Source: a virus
Taxonomy: Duplodnaviria; Caudoviricetes
Length of the DNA: 43,850 nucleotides
Direction: 5' to 3' (one strand)
Virus record (IMG/VR): IMGVR_UViG_3300044852_000033
Location: 1 to 43,850 of that record
The position numbers and the translations under genes were made by a program. Of the stretch, positions 32,518 to 42,137 are shown piece by piece. Position 1 is the stretch's first letter; every line of letters begins with the position of its first letter. The notes beneath the pieces were generated by a model. That model had not been told where the DNA came from and did no database searches. It worked only from the letters and a program-made list of their open reading frames with translations.

Positions 32518-34020
32518 ATGACGAGCAAGCGGGAATTAGAAGACGCGCTGATCGAAGACATCATCGCTTTCCAGCATGACCCGCTCGGGTTCGTGCTGTA
32601 TGCGTTCGAGTGGGGCGTGGGAGAACTGACCGCGTTTCCTGATGGCCCCGACGACTGGCAGCGCGGCATCCTGTCCCACCTTGGGGAAAAGCTGCGCGCC
32701 GGAGAATTGACCGCGCAAGAGGCGATTCAGGTCGCGGTCGCCTCCGGCCACGGCATCGGCAAGTCCGCGCTGGTGTCCTGGATCATCATCTGGGCGCTTG
32801 CCACCTTCGAGGATACCAAGGGCGTCGTCACCGCCAACACCGAGAACCAGCTGAAAACGAAGACCTGGGCCGAGGTGGCAAAGTGGTTCCGCCTGTGCAT
32901 CTGCCGCGACTGGTTCGAGTTGACGGCTACCGCCCTGTTCTCGAAAGACCCGGCCCACGAAAAGACCTGGCGCATCGATATGGTGCCCTGGTCCGAGAGA
33001 AATACCGAAGCATTCGCCGGCCTGCACAACCAGGGCAAGCGGATCCTGATCGTGTTCGACGAGGCGTCCGCCATTGCCGACATGATCTGGGAAGTCACAG
33101 AAGGCGCGCTGACCGACGAGAGAACGGAGATCATCTGGTGCTGCTTCGGCAACCCGACCAAGAACACCGGCCGCTTCCGCGACTGCTTCCGGCGCTTCCG
33201 CCATCGCTGGTTCACGCGCCAGATCGACTCGCGCACCGTCAAGATGACGAACAAGAAGCAGCTGGACAAGTGGGTGGCCGACTATGGCGAGGATTCCGAC
33301 TTCGTGCGCGTCCGGGTGCGCGGCGTGTTTCCGGAAACAGCCGCCAATGCGCTCCTTGGCCCGGAGGATTACGAAAAGGCAACCCAGCGCCACTACACGC
33401 CGAACCAGTACAGCCACGCCGCCAAGATCCTCGGCGTCGACGTCGCTCGCCAGGGCAACGACCGCACCGTCATCTTCCCGCGGCAGGGCCTGGTAGCCTT
33501 CAAGCCGAAGATCCTGCGCATCCCCGACACCATGCAGATCGCCACGATCGTCGCGCAAGCGGCCGACAAGTGGGGCGCGGACGCGATCATGGTCGACGGC
33601 ACGGGTGGCTATGGTGCCGGCGTGATCGACCGCCTGCGCCAGCTCGGCTATGTCGTGCATGAAGTGCAGTTCGCCGGGCGCGCGCTGAACCCGCGCTATT
33701 TCAACAAGCGCTCGGAGATGGCGTTCGAAATGGCCGAGTGGATCAAGAAGGACGGCGGCGCCCTGCCCGACATACCGGACCTGGAGATCGAACTGTGCGC
33801 GCTGACCTATCGCTATCAAGGCGACAAGTTCCGCCTGACGGAGAAGGAAGAAATCCGCGAGGAGATCGGCGAATCGCCCGACCTGGCCGACGCGCTGGGG
33901 CTTACTTTCGCTTTTCCAATCATGCCCCGGTCGGCAGAGGAAGTGTTGCGTGACAAGCTCGAACCGGGCGGGCGCGCAAGCGGCGGCGGCATGCAGGTCG
34001 AATACGATCCGTATTCATAG
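32518..34020 (+). CDS. terL: Terminase large subunit
   Basis: SGHGIGKS, IVFDEAS, FGNPT, GVDVARQGND, SPDLADAL. Confidence 0.95.
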   Translation: MTSKRELEDALIEDIIAFQHDPLGFVLYAFEWGVGELTAFPDGPDDWQRGILSHLGEKLRAGELTAQEAIQVAVASGHGIGKSALVSWIIIWALATFEDTKGVVTANTENQLKTKTWAEVAKWFRLCICRDWFELTATALFSKDPAHEKTWRIDMVPWSERNTEAFAGLHNQGKRILIVFDEASAIADMIWEVTEGALTDERTEIIWCCFGNPTKNTGRFRDCFRRFRHRWFTRQIDSRTVKMTNKKQLDKWVADYGEDSDFVRVRVRGVFPETAANALLGPEDYEKATQRHYTPNQYSHAAKILGVDVARQGNDRTVIFPRQGLVAFKPKILRIPDTMQIATIVAQAADKWGADAIMVDGTGGYGAGVIDRLRQLGYVVHEVQFAGRALNPRYFNKRSEMAFEMAEWIKKDGGALPDIPDLEIELCALTYRYQGDKFRLTEKEEIREEIGESPDLADALGLTFAFPIMPRSAEEVLRDKLEPGGRASGGGMQVEYDPYS

Positions 34021-34030
34021 GATATATACG

Positions 34031-34063
34031 GTGGTATTATTCCACCATCGCAATTAATACCAC
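34031..34063 (+). promoter_or_regulatory. Extended -10 element within a 9-bp inverted repeat, upstream of the head genes
   Basis: GTGGTATTA / TAATACCAC; TGGTATTAT also occurs at 25214. Confidence 0.5.
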
Positions 34064-34074
34064 TGGAGAACGCT

Positions 34075-34287
34075 ATGTGCATGGGTGGCTCAACTCCCCC
34101 GGCTCCTGCCGCACCGACCCCGGCACCGCCGGCACCGACCGAGAACATGGCCGAAGTGACGGCCGCGCGTGACCGCGAGCGGCGCCGCATCAGCTCGGCC
34201 GCCGGCAAGAAGTCGACGATGCTGACCGGCGCCGAGGGCGACACGTCCGCTGCACCGACCGCGCTTAAATCCCTGCTGGGCGCGTAA
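34075..34287 (+). CDS. Small virion protein (MC-start, Pro-rich)
   Basis: MCMGGS..PAP..STMLTG...KSLLG; this gene type usually precedes the portal. Confidence 0.75.
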   Translation: MCMGGSTPPAPAAPTPAPPAPTENMAEVTAARDRERRRISSAAGKKSTMLTGAEGDTSAAPTALKSLLGA

Positions 34288-34811
34288 TGGGCAATCACCG
34301 CCTCGCGCAGATGGCGTTCCTGGTCGACGACTCGGGGCGCCCGGTCGGCATGAAGGAAGCCGATGGCGACGAGATCTATTTCCCGACGTTTACGGACGAC
34401 CTGACTGGCCTGCGCCTGCCGTCCGGTGCAGTTGCAGCGGTGGGCGGCTCCAGTCTCGCCATGCAGGCAACTGCCGCCGAAGCGCTGCCGGCGCGCTCAC
34501 TGGTGTACATCAAGTCCGACGGCACCGTTGCCAAGGCTGACGCCATCGCCGAGGGCAAGGAAGCGATCGGCTTTGTCGCCGTGCTGACCGGATCCGGCGC
34601 GACCGCTGCGGTGAAGCTGACCGGCAACGTGCTCTCTGGCCTGGCTGGCTTGACGCCGGGCGCCACCTATTATCTGAGCACGACGCCGGGCGCGCTCGCC
34701 ACCGCGGCGCAGGCCGGCGCCTATGCGGCCGGCAACGTCGTCATGCCGGTCGGACGCGCACTGTCCGCCACCGACCTGCTGTTCCAGCCGTCGATTCCGA
34801 TCACCCTATAA
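34287..34811 (+). CDS. Putative capsid decoration/fibre-associated protein
   Basis: AAEAL....VYI......KADA....IGFV...GLTPGATYYLSTTPG...VGRALSAT. Confidence 0.6.
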   Translation: MGNHRLAQMAFLVDDSGRPVGMKEADGDEIYFPTFTDDLTGLRLPSGAVAAVGGSSLAMQATAAEALPARSLVYIKSDGTVAKADAIAEGKEAIGFVAVLTGSGATAAVKLTGNVLSGLAGLTPGATYYLSTTPGALATAAQAGAYAAGNVVMPVGRALSATDLLFQPSIPITL

Positions 34812-34819
34812 GGAACCCC

Positions 34820-35215
34820 ATGCAATTCATCAATCAACTGCTCGGCCGCGCGCAAGCTGCGCCCAAACCCGCGCCAAGCGCCGAGGGCGTCATTGCGGTC
34901 CCGCGCCGCGCCGTGCTCGATAAACAAGCGCTGACGGCGGCCGAACTGCGCCCTGGCATGTGGGTGCGCCTGAAAGACGCCTCGATCGGCATCCTGACCG
35001 GGTGCAGCGCCGAGGGCGTGGCCGAAGTGACGCGCATCAAGCCGGACGGCTCGACCCTGATGGAACTGGGCGAGAACGATCAGGCGGTGCCGGCGATCGT
35101 GCTGGCGCGCGCGCAGGATCTCAAGCAGGCCGACATCGAGGACATTCCCGAGCAGCGCCGCCCGCCCTTTGAATCCCTGTATGCGCTGGGCTACCAGCAT
35201 CGGAGTGCAGCATGA
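34820..35215 (+). CDS. Hypothetical protein
   Basis: 131 aa, AAGGA RBS. Confidence 0.7.
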   Translation: MQFINQLLGRAQAAPKPAPSAEGVIAVPRRAVLDKQALTAAELRPGMWVRLKDASIGILTGCSAEGVAEVTRIKPDGSTLMELGENDQAVPAIVLARAQDLKQADIEDIPEQRRPPFESLYALGYQHRSAA

Positions 35216-35613
35216 CGATCATGGTCCCCAACACTGGCGAAGTCATCGCCCTGGCCTACCTGGTGAACAAGCAGGCGCCGGAAAACCTCGTCTACCGCCT
35301 GTTTGCCACCAACATCACGCCGGCCGAAACGGACACCGCGGCGAGCTACACCGAAGCGGCCGGCGCCGGCTATGCAGCATTGACGCTGACCGGCGCGTCC
35401 TGGTCGGTGACGGGAGGCGCACCGTCGACGGCATCCTACGCCCAGCAGACCTGGACGTTTACGGGCGCGTTGACGACCAACGGCACGATTTACGGCTACT
35501 ACGTGACGCGCGCCACGACGGGCGACCTGGTGCTGGCTGAAACGTTCGCAAGTTTCACGCCGGCCGCAAACGGGGACAATCTCAAGTTGACCCCCCAAAT
35601 CTCTGCCGACTGA
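35212..35613 (+). CDS. Putative fibre subunit/virion structural protein
   Basis: Thr/Ala-rich beta protein; YTEA.G.GYA..L...W...YAQQTWTFT...IYGYYV...GD.LK.T. Confidence 0.6.
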   Translation: MTIMVPNTGEVIALAYLVNKQAPENLVYRLFATNITPAETDTAASYTEAAGAGYAALTLTGASWSVTGGAPSTASYAQQTWTFTGALTTNGTIYGYYVTRATTGDLVLAETFASFTPAANGDNLKLTPQISAD

Positions 35614-35621
35614 TCGCCGCT

Positions 35622-35843
35622 ATGATAACGATCCTCTACCGCTGCCCCATCATTGGCGATGGCTCCGAAGGCGACGAGCGCCGCCCGTATGTCGACACCT
35701 TCCGCGTGAAATGGTCGATCTACGGCCAGTTTCCCGAGGAGGGCACACATTGCCTGGTCAATGTGACGGCAAGCGAGGGCGAACACGCCGCCATCGAAGC
35801 CGACGATCAGGTGGAAGTCTGGAATGACGCAGCTACTTCTTGA
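35622..35843 (+). CDS. Hypothetical protein
   Basis: 73 aa, acidic, operon packing. Confidence 0.6.
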   Translation: MITILYRCPIIGDGSEGDERRPYVDTFRVKWSIYGQFPEEGTHCLVNVTASEGEHAAIEADDQVEVWNDAATS

Positions 35844-36972
35844 TGAGTTCACAGGTGCTGAGGGGGATACCCTCAATACCTATAACCCGGCATGGGTGAG
35901 GCTGGGGACCACTGGCTCGACCGTCTTGAGTGCTGGCCGGGCAAAACATAATTCCACCTCGACGGCGGCGCTGTATTACCGCTCTGATGTTGTGCCGCCG
36001 AGTGCGGATTACTCGGTAACTGCCGATCTGATTTCTGCCACCTCGGTCGCCGGCGCCGCAATGGGGCCGATGGGGCGCGTCAGTAGCACGGGCATCAATT
36101 TCTATTGGGCGCGCGTCAACACCACGAACGGCGTTTCCCTGATCCGGTATGTCGGCGGCACGGCGACCTCGTTGGCGACGACTCCGTACACGTTCGTTAC
36201 GGGCTCGACCGTCAAGGTTCGCCTAGAAATGATCGGCTCGACCATATCGGTGTATGTCGACGACGTACTGCAAGTGACGGTCGAGGATACGTCGCATACT
36301 GCGCCTGGCTATGTCGGCATGCGCAGCATCAATGCATCGACCCAGCTGTTTCTCGACAACCTGCGCGCCGATACCATCGCCGCCGGCGGTGCGCTGTCGT
36401 ACAGTTTCATTCCTGCCGGCGGTCTCGTGCTGGCTGGCGCCGCAGCGCGCATCGCGAGCCGTGGTGCCAGTCCGGCCGGCGGCCTGCTGTTCTCTGGCGT
36501 CGGCGCCAGCATGCGCGGCCGCGTGCGTGCTGCTGCTGGTGGCCTGACCCTTTCCGGCGCTTCCAGTTCGATCCGCTCGCGCCTGCGCACGGTCGCCGGC
36601 GGGCTCATCCTGTCGGGCGCCGCGGCCATTGCCCAAACCTCGGCCGTGCAGGCGCGCGTCGTTGCCGCCGTCGGTGGCGTCGTGCTCGCCGGTGCCGCCA
36701 CAGTCCGGCGCGGTGTCGGGCGCGCGACGGCCGGCGGGCTCTCCTTCGCAGGTGCTGCCGGCCTGGCCTTCGCTTCCGTATTCCGCCGCGCGCTGGTCCT
36801 GATCGGCGTGACGCTGCGCCAGGTGCGCGACAACGAACTATCCACCGGCCAGCGCCCGATCGTGCTGGTGGCCGGCCGCCTGCGCCGCCAGCAGGCCAGC
36901 GAAGGCACGCCACTCGTGCTCGACAATGGCGAGGTGCGCCCGCTCGCCGCCGATGAAACCCTGAAAATCTAG
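35824..36972 (+). CDS. Lectin/ConA-like domain plus repeat-stalk protein, putative head fibre
   Basis: SADYSV...VRLEMIGSTISVYVDD...GYVG...LDN; six GG(L/V)xxxG repeats, mostly 20 aa apart. Confidence 0.6.
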   Translation: MTQLLLDEFTGAEGDTLNTYNPAWVRLGTTGSTVLSAGRAKHNSTSTAALYYRSDVVPPSADYSVTADLISATSVAGAAMGPMGRVSSTGINFYWARVNTTNGVSLIRYVGGTATSLATTPYTFVTGSTVKVRLEMIGSTISVYVDDVLQVTVEDTSHTAPGYVGMRSINASTQLFLDNLRADTIAAGGALSYSFIPAGGLVLAGAAARIASRGASPAGGLLFSGVGASMRGRVRAAAGGLTLSGASSSIRSRLRTVAGGLILSGAAAIAQTSAVQARVVAAVGGVVLAGAATVRRGVGRATAGGLSFAGAAGLAFASVFRRALVLIGVTLRQVRDNELSTGQRPIVLVAGRLRRQQASEGTPLVLDNGEVRPLAADETLKI

Positions 36973-36981
36973 AAGGCACAC

Positions 36982-38652
36982 ATGACCGACAATCGCCGCA
37001 AACGCATGGAGCGCCGCCGGGGCCAGCTCGACAACGAGCGTTCGAGTTTTATCGCGCACTGGCGCGACCTGAACGAACACATTTCGCCCCGTTCGGCCCG
37101 TTTCCTCACGTCCGACCGCAACAAGGGCGACAAGCGAAACGCCAAGATCATCAACAACTCGGCCACGCTCGCATTGCGCGCCGCGCGCGCCGGAATGATG
37201 GGCGGCATCACGAGCCCCGCGCGGCCGTGGTTCCAGCTGACGACGCCCGATCCTGAACTGGCCGAACTGGGCCCGGTCAAGGAATGGCTGTACGAGGTGA
37301 CGACGAGGATGCGCGCGCTGCTCCTGAAAACGAATTTATATAACGCGCTGCCGACCGTCTACGGCGACCTGCTCCTGTACGGCACGCACGCGCTCGGTGT
37401 GGTCGAGGACGAAAAAAGCCTGATTCGCTTTCACCCGTTCCCGACCGGCTCCTACATGCTGGCCTCGAACGACCAGAACCGGGTCGATTCGTGCTACCGC
37501 GAATTCTCGATGACGCCGCGCCAGATGGCGCAGCGCTTCGGCAAAGAGAACCTGTCGACTTCGGTGCAGAACATGCTCGCCAACGGCAACTCGGAAGGCT
37601 GGATCGACATCGTGCACGCGATCGAGCCGAACGAAATGTTCGACGCCTCCAAGCTCGACTCGAAATTCAAGCGCTTCGCCTCGGTCTACTACGAGAAAAC
37701 CAGCAGCGAGGATAAATGCCTGAGTGAGAAGGGGTTCGAGCAGTTCCCGATCCTGGCGCCGCGCTGGGACGTGACGGGCGAGGACGTGTATGGCTTTTCG
37801 CCGGGCATGGAAACGCTCGGCGACGTGCGCGCGCTGCAAGTCATGGAGCGCCGCAAGGCCGAGGCGATCGACAAGCTGGTGCGTCCTCCAATGAACGCGC
37901 CTTCCTCGATGCGCAACCGCCGCGCCTCGATCCTGCCGGGCGACATCAACTACATCGACGTGAACCAGGGCCAGCAGGGCTTTACGCCGGCTTACCAGAT
38001 CGACCCGCGCATCGGCGAGCTGGGCGCCGAGATCGCCAACGTCGAACGCCGCGTGAAACGTGGCTTCTTCGAGGATCTGTTCCTGATGGTGTCGGGCTAT
38101 GACGGGCAACCCCGGACCGCCGAGGAAATCGCCGCGCTGAAAACCGAGCAGCTGCTGCAACTGGGGCCGGTCCTGGAGCGCACCAACGACGAACTGCTGT
38201 CCCCGATCATCGACATCACCTTCGAGCGCATGATGGACGCCGGCATGCTGCCGCCGCCGCCCGAGGAACTGATGGGGATGGACCTGAAAGTCGAATACAC
38301 CTCGATCATCGCGCAGGCGCAAAAGCTCGCAGGTGCCGCGTCGGTCGAACGCTTCGCCTCGTTCACCGGCAACCTGGCCGCGGTGCGTCCTGACGCGCTC
38401 GACCGCCTGAACGTCGACGAGTTGATGGACGCCTATGCCGAGATCACCGGCGTGCCGCCGAAACTCCTTGTCTCGCTGGAAGACGCCAACAAGGGCCGCC
38501 AGGCGCGCGCCCAGCAGCAGCAGGCGGCGCAGGCGATGGAAATGGGGCAGCAGGCGGCGCAGGGCGCGGCCACGCTCGCCAAGGCCGACACCGGCACCGA
38601 TAACGCGCTCACGCGCATCATGCAAGGCTTGACTGGAGCGCCCGCCGTATGA
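36982..38652 (+). CDS. Portal (head-tail connector)
   Basis: GITSPARPWF, PRW....E.YG.SP, RTAEEI, LGPVLER. Confidence 0.95.
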   Translation: MTDNRRKRMERRRGQLDNERSSFIAHWRDLNEHISPRSARFLTSDRNKGDKRNAKIINNSATLALRAARAGMMGGITSPARPWFQLTTPDPELAELGPVKEWLYEVTTRMRALLLKTNLYNALPTVYGDLLLYGTHALGVVEDEKSLIRFHPFPTGSYMLASNDQNRVDSCYREFSMTPRQMAQRFGKENLSTSVQNMLANGNSEGWIDIVHAIEPNEMFDASKLDSKFKRFASVYYEKTSSEDKCLSEKGFEQFPILAPRWDVTGEDVYGFSPGMETLGDVRALQVMERRKAEAIDKLVRPPMNAPSSMRNRRASILPGDINYIDVNQGQQGFTPAYQIDPRIGELGAEIANVERRVKRGFFEDLFLMVSGYDGQPRTAEEIAALKTEQLLQLGPVLERTNDELLSPIIDITFERMMDAGMLPPPPEELMGMDLKVEYTSIIAQAQKLAGAASVERFASFTGNLAAVRPDALDRLNVDELMDAYAEITGVPPKLLVSLEDANKGRQARAQQQQAAQAMEMGQQAAQGAATLAKADTGTDNALTRIMQGLTGAPAV

Positions 38653-38966
38653 CCCGCAAAGCACAAGCCAACGCCGGCGACGAAGGCGAGATCCGCAACG
38701 CCCGGGATAGGGAAAAACTGATCGCGCAGAGGGAGGCCGACGACCTGGCCTTCCTGCTCGCCACACCGCAGGGGCGGCGCTACATCTGGCGCCAGATCGG
38801 GCAATGCGGCGTGTTCAAGACCAGTTTCACCGGCAACAGCACCACGTTTTTCAACGAGGGCGCCCGGAATATCGGCCTGCAAATGCTCGCCGAGATCGAC
38901 CCGGATGCGCTCGCGCTGATGATGAAAGAGGCGCGCAACGACGATCTGGTGCAACATTCTGCCTGA
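38649..38966 (+). CDS. Bbp19-like head assembly protein
   Basis: LLATPQGRRYIW...FFNEGARNIGL; follows the portal. Confidence 0.8.
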   Translation: MTRKAQANAGDEGEIRNARDREKLIAQREADDLAFLLATPQGRRYIWRQIGQCGVFKTSFTGNSTTFFNEGARNIGLQMLAEIDPDALALMMKEARNDDLVQHSA

Positions 38967-39020
38967 TCCGGTCCGATTTATGGTATATAGTGGCTAAATC
39001 TCATCATATTGGAATTCTCG

Positions 39021-39731
39021 ATGGCCGATAGCGCTCAGACTGCCGTGCAGGAAAACACCGACACCACGGCTCAAGGCAACGACCAGGCAGCACCGGCGTC
39101 CCTGCTGACGGGGCAACCCGCAGCCGCGGCGCCACAGCAGGACCCGGCAGCAACCACGCCAGAGGCGGGCAAGACCGACGACGCACCGAAGGATGGCGAC
39201 AAGCCGGCCGACGAGGCGAAGGACGACAAGCCGGCACCGAAGGCGCCCGAAAGCTACGAACTGAAAGCACCGGAAGGTTTTGAGAAGCTCGACCAGGCGC
39301 TCGTCGACGAATTCACGCCACTCGCGCGTGAGCTCGACCTGACGAACGACCAGGCCAACAAGCTCGTTGAAACCATGATGCCGAAAGTCGCGCAGCAACT
39401 GGCGCAAACGCAGCAGGCCGCATGGACGGCGCAGCTGGAAACGTGGGTTACGGACGTGAAGGCGGACAAGGAAGTCGGCGGCGAAGCATTGCAAGGCAGC
39501 TTGCAGGCGGCGCAACGCGCGATGACGAAATTCGCCTCGCCCGAACTGAAAGCGCTGCTGGAATACCCGAGTGCCGACAACCCGAAAGGGATGGGCCTGG
39601 GCAATCACCCTGAGCTGGTGCGCGTGTTCGCTCGCATCGGGAAAGCGATGGCCGACGATAGTTTTGTCAACTCCAGCACCAACGCGAGCGGGCAAGGCAA
39701 ATCGGCGGCTGAAATTCTGTACGGCAAATAA
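39021..39731 (+). CDS. Capsid scaffolding protein
   Basis: APESYEL.APEG...GLGNHPELVRVFARIGKAM.DD...AAEILYG. Confidence 0.85.
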   Translation: MADSAQTAVQENTDTTAQGNDQAAPASLLTGQPAAAAPQQDPAATTPEAGKTDDAPKDGDKPADEAKDDKPAPKAPESYELKAPEGFEKLDQALVDEFTPLARELDLTNDQANKLVETMMPKVAQQLAQTQQAAWTAQLETWVTDVKADKEVGGEALQGSLQAAQRAMTKFASPELKALLEYPSADNPKGMGLGNHPELVRVFARIGKAMADDSFVNSSTNASGQGKSAAEILYGK

Positions 39732-39750
39732 CCCTAATTAGGAGCCCTTA

Positions 39751-40755
39751 ATGGCAACCCTCGGCACCAAGAACCCCACCCTGCTCGACGTAGCAAAATC
39801 GCTGGACCCGGACGGCAAGACCGCCACCGTCGTCGAACTGCTGAACCAGACGAACGAGATCCTGCTCGACATGCCCTTCATCGAAGGCAACCTGCCGACC
39901 GGCCACCGCACCACGGTCCGCACCGGCCTGCCGACCTCGACCTGGCGCAAGCTGTACCAGGGCGTCGATCCGAGCAAGTCGGAACGCGCACAGGTCGACG
40001 ACTCGTGCGGCATGCTCGAAGCGCGCGCAGCGGTCGACAAGGACGTGGCCGAACTGAATGGCAACGGCGCCGCCTTCCGCCTGTCGGAAGCGCAAGCGTT
40101 CCTCGAAGCGATGAACGAAGGCATGGCCTCGGCGATGCTGTACAACGATTCGTCGATCAACCCCGAGCGCCCGATGGGCCTGGCGCCACGCTACAACTCG
40201 CTGACCGCGAAGAACGGCGTAAACGTCCTTAACGCCGGCGGCGTCGGCGCGGACAACACCTCCGTATGGCTGGTGTGCTGGGGTCCGAACACGGTACACG
40301 GCATCTTCCCGAAGGGCTCGAAAGCTGGCTTGCAACACGAAGATCTGGGCCTGATCGACGAATTCGATGCCAACGGCAAGCGTTTCCGCGCCTACGCCGA
40401 CCACTGGCAATGGAAGGTCGGTATCAGCCTGCGCGACTGGCGTTATGTCGTTCGCATCGCCAACATCGACGTGTCTGACCTGCAAGCCGGCACCGGCACG
40501 CAAGCCGACACCGTGGCGACCAACCTGATTAAACAGATGGTTGTCGCGATGGCGAAGATCCCGTCGATGGGCATGGGCAAGCCTGTGTTCTACGTCAACC
40601 GCACCGTGAAGGCGTACCTGAACATTCTGGCGCTGAACAAGTCGCAGAACGTGCTGTCGATCTCGGAAGCGCTCGGCCAGTTCGAGACCTCCTTCCTCGG
40701 CATCCCGATCCGCACCGTCGACCAGCTGCTCAACACCGAAGCCGTCGTCGCCTAA
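39751..40755 (+). CDS. Major capsid protein, BPP-1/epsilon15 type
   Basis: TNEILLDMPFIEGN..TGH...RTGLP...GLAPRYN...DWRYVVRIANID; AGGAG RBS. Confidence 0.95.
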   Translation: MATLGTKNPTLLDVAKSLDPDGKTATVVELLNQTNEILLDMPFIEGNLPTGHRTTVRTGLPTSTWRKLYQGVDPSKSERAQVDDSCGMLEARAAVDKDVAELNGNGAAFRLSEAQAFLEAMNEGMASAMLYNDSSINPERPMGLAPRYNSLTAKNGVNVLNAGGVGADNTSVWLVCWGPNTVHGIFPKGSKAGLQHEDLGLIDEFDANGKRFRAYADHWQWKVGISLRDWRYVVRIANIDVSDLQAGTGTQADTVATNLIKQMVVAMAKIPSMGMGKPVFYVNRTVKAYLNILALNKSQNVLSISEALGQFETSFLGIPIRTVDQLLNTEAVVA

Positions 40756-40766
40756 TAATGCAGTAC

Positions 40767-40787
40767 CCGCCGGCTTGATGCCGGCGG
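40767..40787 (+). terminator. Hairpin after the capsid gene (attenuator or stability element)
   Basis: CCGCCGGC-TTGAT-GCCGGCGG with a weak U tract. Confidence 0.5.
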
Positions 40788-40810
40788 TTCCTTGAGAGGA
40801 AACAAGCACC

Positions 40811-41233
40811 ATGATTATCGATTCCCTGAGCCAGTTCTCGGACGCGCAAGTCGTCACCGCCCTGGGTGATACCGCCTCGACCAACGTGATCGACACCCTC
40901 GTCGATTCCGACGAAGGCATCGGCGAGGGCGTACACGTCCTGTTCGCGGTCCCGCAAGCGGTCACTTCGGCCGGCGCTGCCACCGTGCAGTTCGTCATCC
41001 AGACCTCGACCGACAACGCCACCTTCGCCGACATCGGCATGACCGAAGCGATCCCGAAAGCGTCGCTGGTGGCTGGCTACTCCAAGCCGGTGCGCCTGCC
41101 GGTCGGCTGCCGCCGTTATATCCGTGTCGCCTACCGCGTCGGCACGGCTACCCTGACCACTGGCGCCTTCACCTCGGCCATCGTCAAGGACATTCAGATG
41201 TCGAAGGTTTACGGCTCGGGCTTCACCGTCTAA
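40811..41233 (+). CDS. Bbp16-like capsid cement protein
   Basis: MIID....FSDAQ.V....ASTNVID...RYIRVAY.V. Confidence 0.88.
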   Translation: MIIDSLSQFSDAQVVTALGDTASTNVIDTLVDSDEGIGEGVHVLFAVPQAVTSAGAATVQFVIQTSTDNATFADIGMTEAIPKASLVAGYSKPVRLPVGCRRYIRVAYRVGTATLTTGAFTSAIVKDIQMSKVYGSGFTV

Positions 41234-41243
41234 GCTGACCGGC

Positions 41244-41274
41244 CCGGCGCCGCCTGAACGGGGCGCCGGTTGTT
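41244..41274 (+). terminator. Probable terminator hairpin
   Basis: CCGGCGCC...GGCGCCGG followed by TTGTT. Confidence 0.55.
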
Positions 41275-41294
41275 CCACTTATTCCTGATCCCAC

Positions 41295-41486
41295 ATGAAA
41301 ACCTACATCGCAACCGCCTGCGGTTTCGCCAACGGCCGCATGATCGAGCCGGGCGAACAGTTCGAGTATGCCGGCAAGCCTGGCTCCTGGATGGAAGCTG
41401 TCGACACGAAGGCGCCGAAGAAGCCAAAAGCCGAACCCGTCGACAAGCCTGCCGAATCCGGCACGGCCAACGCCGACGTGATCTAA
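41295..41486 (+). CDS. Small conserved-type virion protein
   Basis: GF.NG..IEPGEQFEY.GKPGSWM; position between cement and adaptor genes. Confidence 0.7.
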   Translation: MKTYIATACGFANGRMIEPGEQFEYAGKPGSWMEAVDTKAPKKPKAEPVDKPAESGTANADVI

Positions 41487-41535
41487 TTTAAAACCATGTG
41501 GGGGCTACGGCCCTCGCGTCACATTGAGCCCACGC

Positions 41536-42135
41536 ATGGCATCGTCCCAAGTCCAGATTAGCAATCTCGCGCTCGCCCATATCGGCGTGTCCCAATTCAT
41601 CGCCGCACCGAACGAAAAGAGCAAGGAGGCCAATATCTGCGCCCTGTTCTTCGAACAAGTGCGCGACAACCTGCTGGAAAGCCTGGAGTGGAATTTCGCC
41701 AGCCGCCGCGTGAAACTGGCGCAAACGACTTCCGCGATCACGAACTGGCTCTATGCCTACCAGGTGCCGACCGACTGCATCGCCGCCCGCCGCCTCGTCA
41801 TGCCGGGCATGCGCATGCTGCCCTCCGAATCGCGCATCCCGTTCGAGATCGGATCCGACGGCAAGCAGACCGTGATCCTGACCGACCAGGAAAACGCCGA
41901 ACTGATCTACACCGAGCGCGTCACCGACCCGAACCGCTTCGCGCCTTCTTTTGTGACCGCCCTGTCGTGGTATCTGGCGGCCGAGATCGCGATGCCGCTG
42001 GCGGTGTCGACCCAGCTGGCCGACCGTGCCGCGAAAATGGCGCAGGCCGCATTTAATTCGGCGGCGGCCTCGGACTTGCAGCAGGAACAGGAAGATAATC
42101 CGCCCGAATCCGAATTTATCCGGGCGAGGTTTTAA
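41536..42135 (+). CDS. Tail tubular protein A (adaptor)
   Basis: MASSQVQISNLALAHIG...WNFA.RRV.L...YAYQVPTDC...F...F..AL...LAAEIA. Confidence 0.9.
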   Translation: MASSQVQISNLALAHIGVSQFIAAPNEKSKEANICALFFEQVRDNLLESLEWNFASRRVKLAQTTSAITNWLYAYQVPTDCIAARRLVMPGMRMLPSESRIPFEIGSDGKQTVILTDQENAELIYTERVTDPNRFAPSFVTALSWYLAAEIAMPLAVSTQLADRAAKMAQAAFNSAAASDLQQEQEDNPPESEFIRARF

Positions 42136-42137
42136 TT

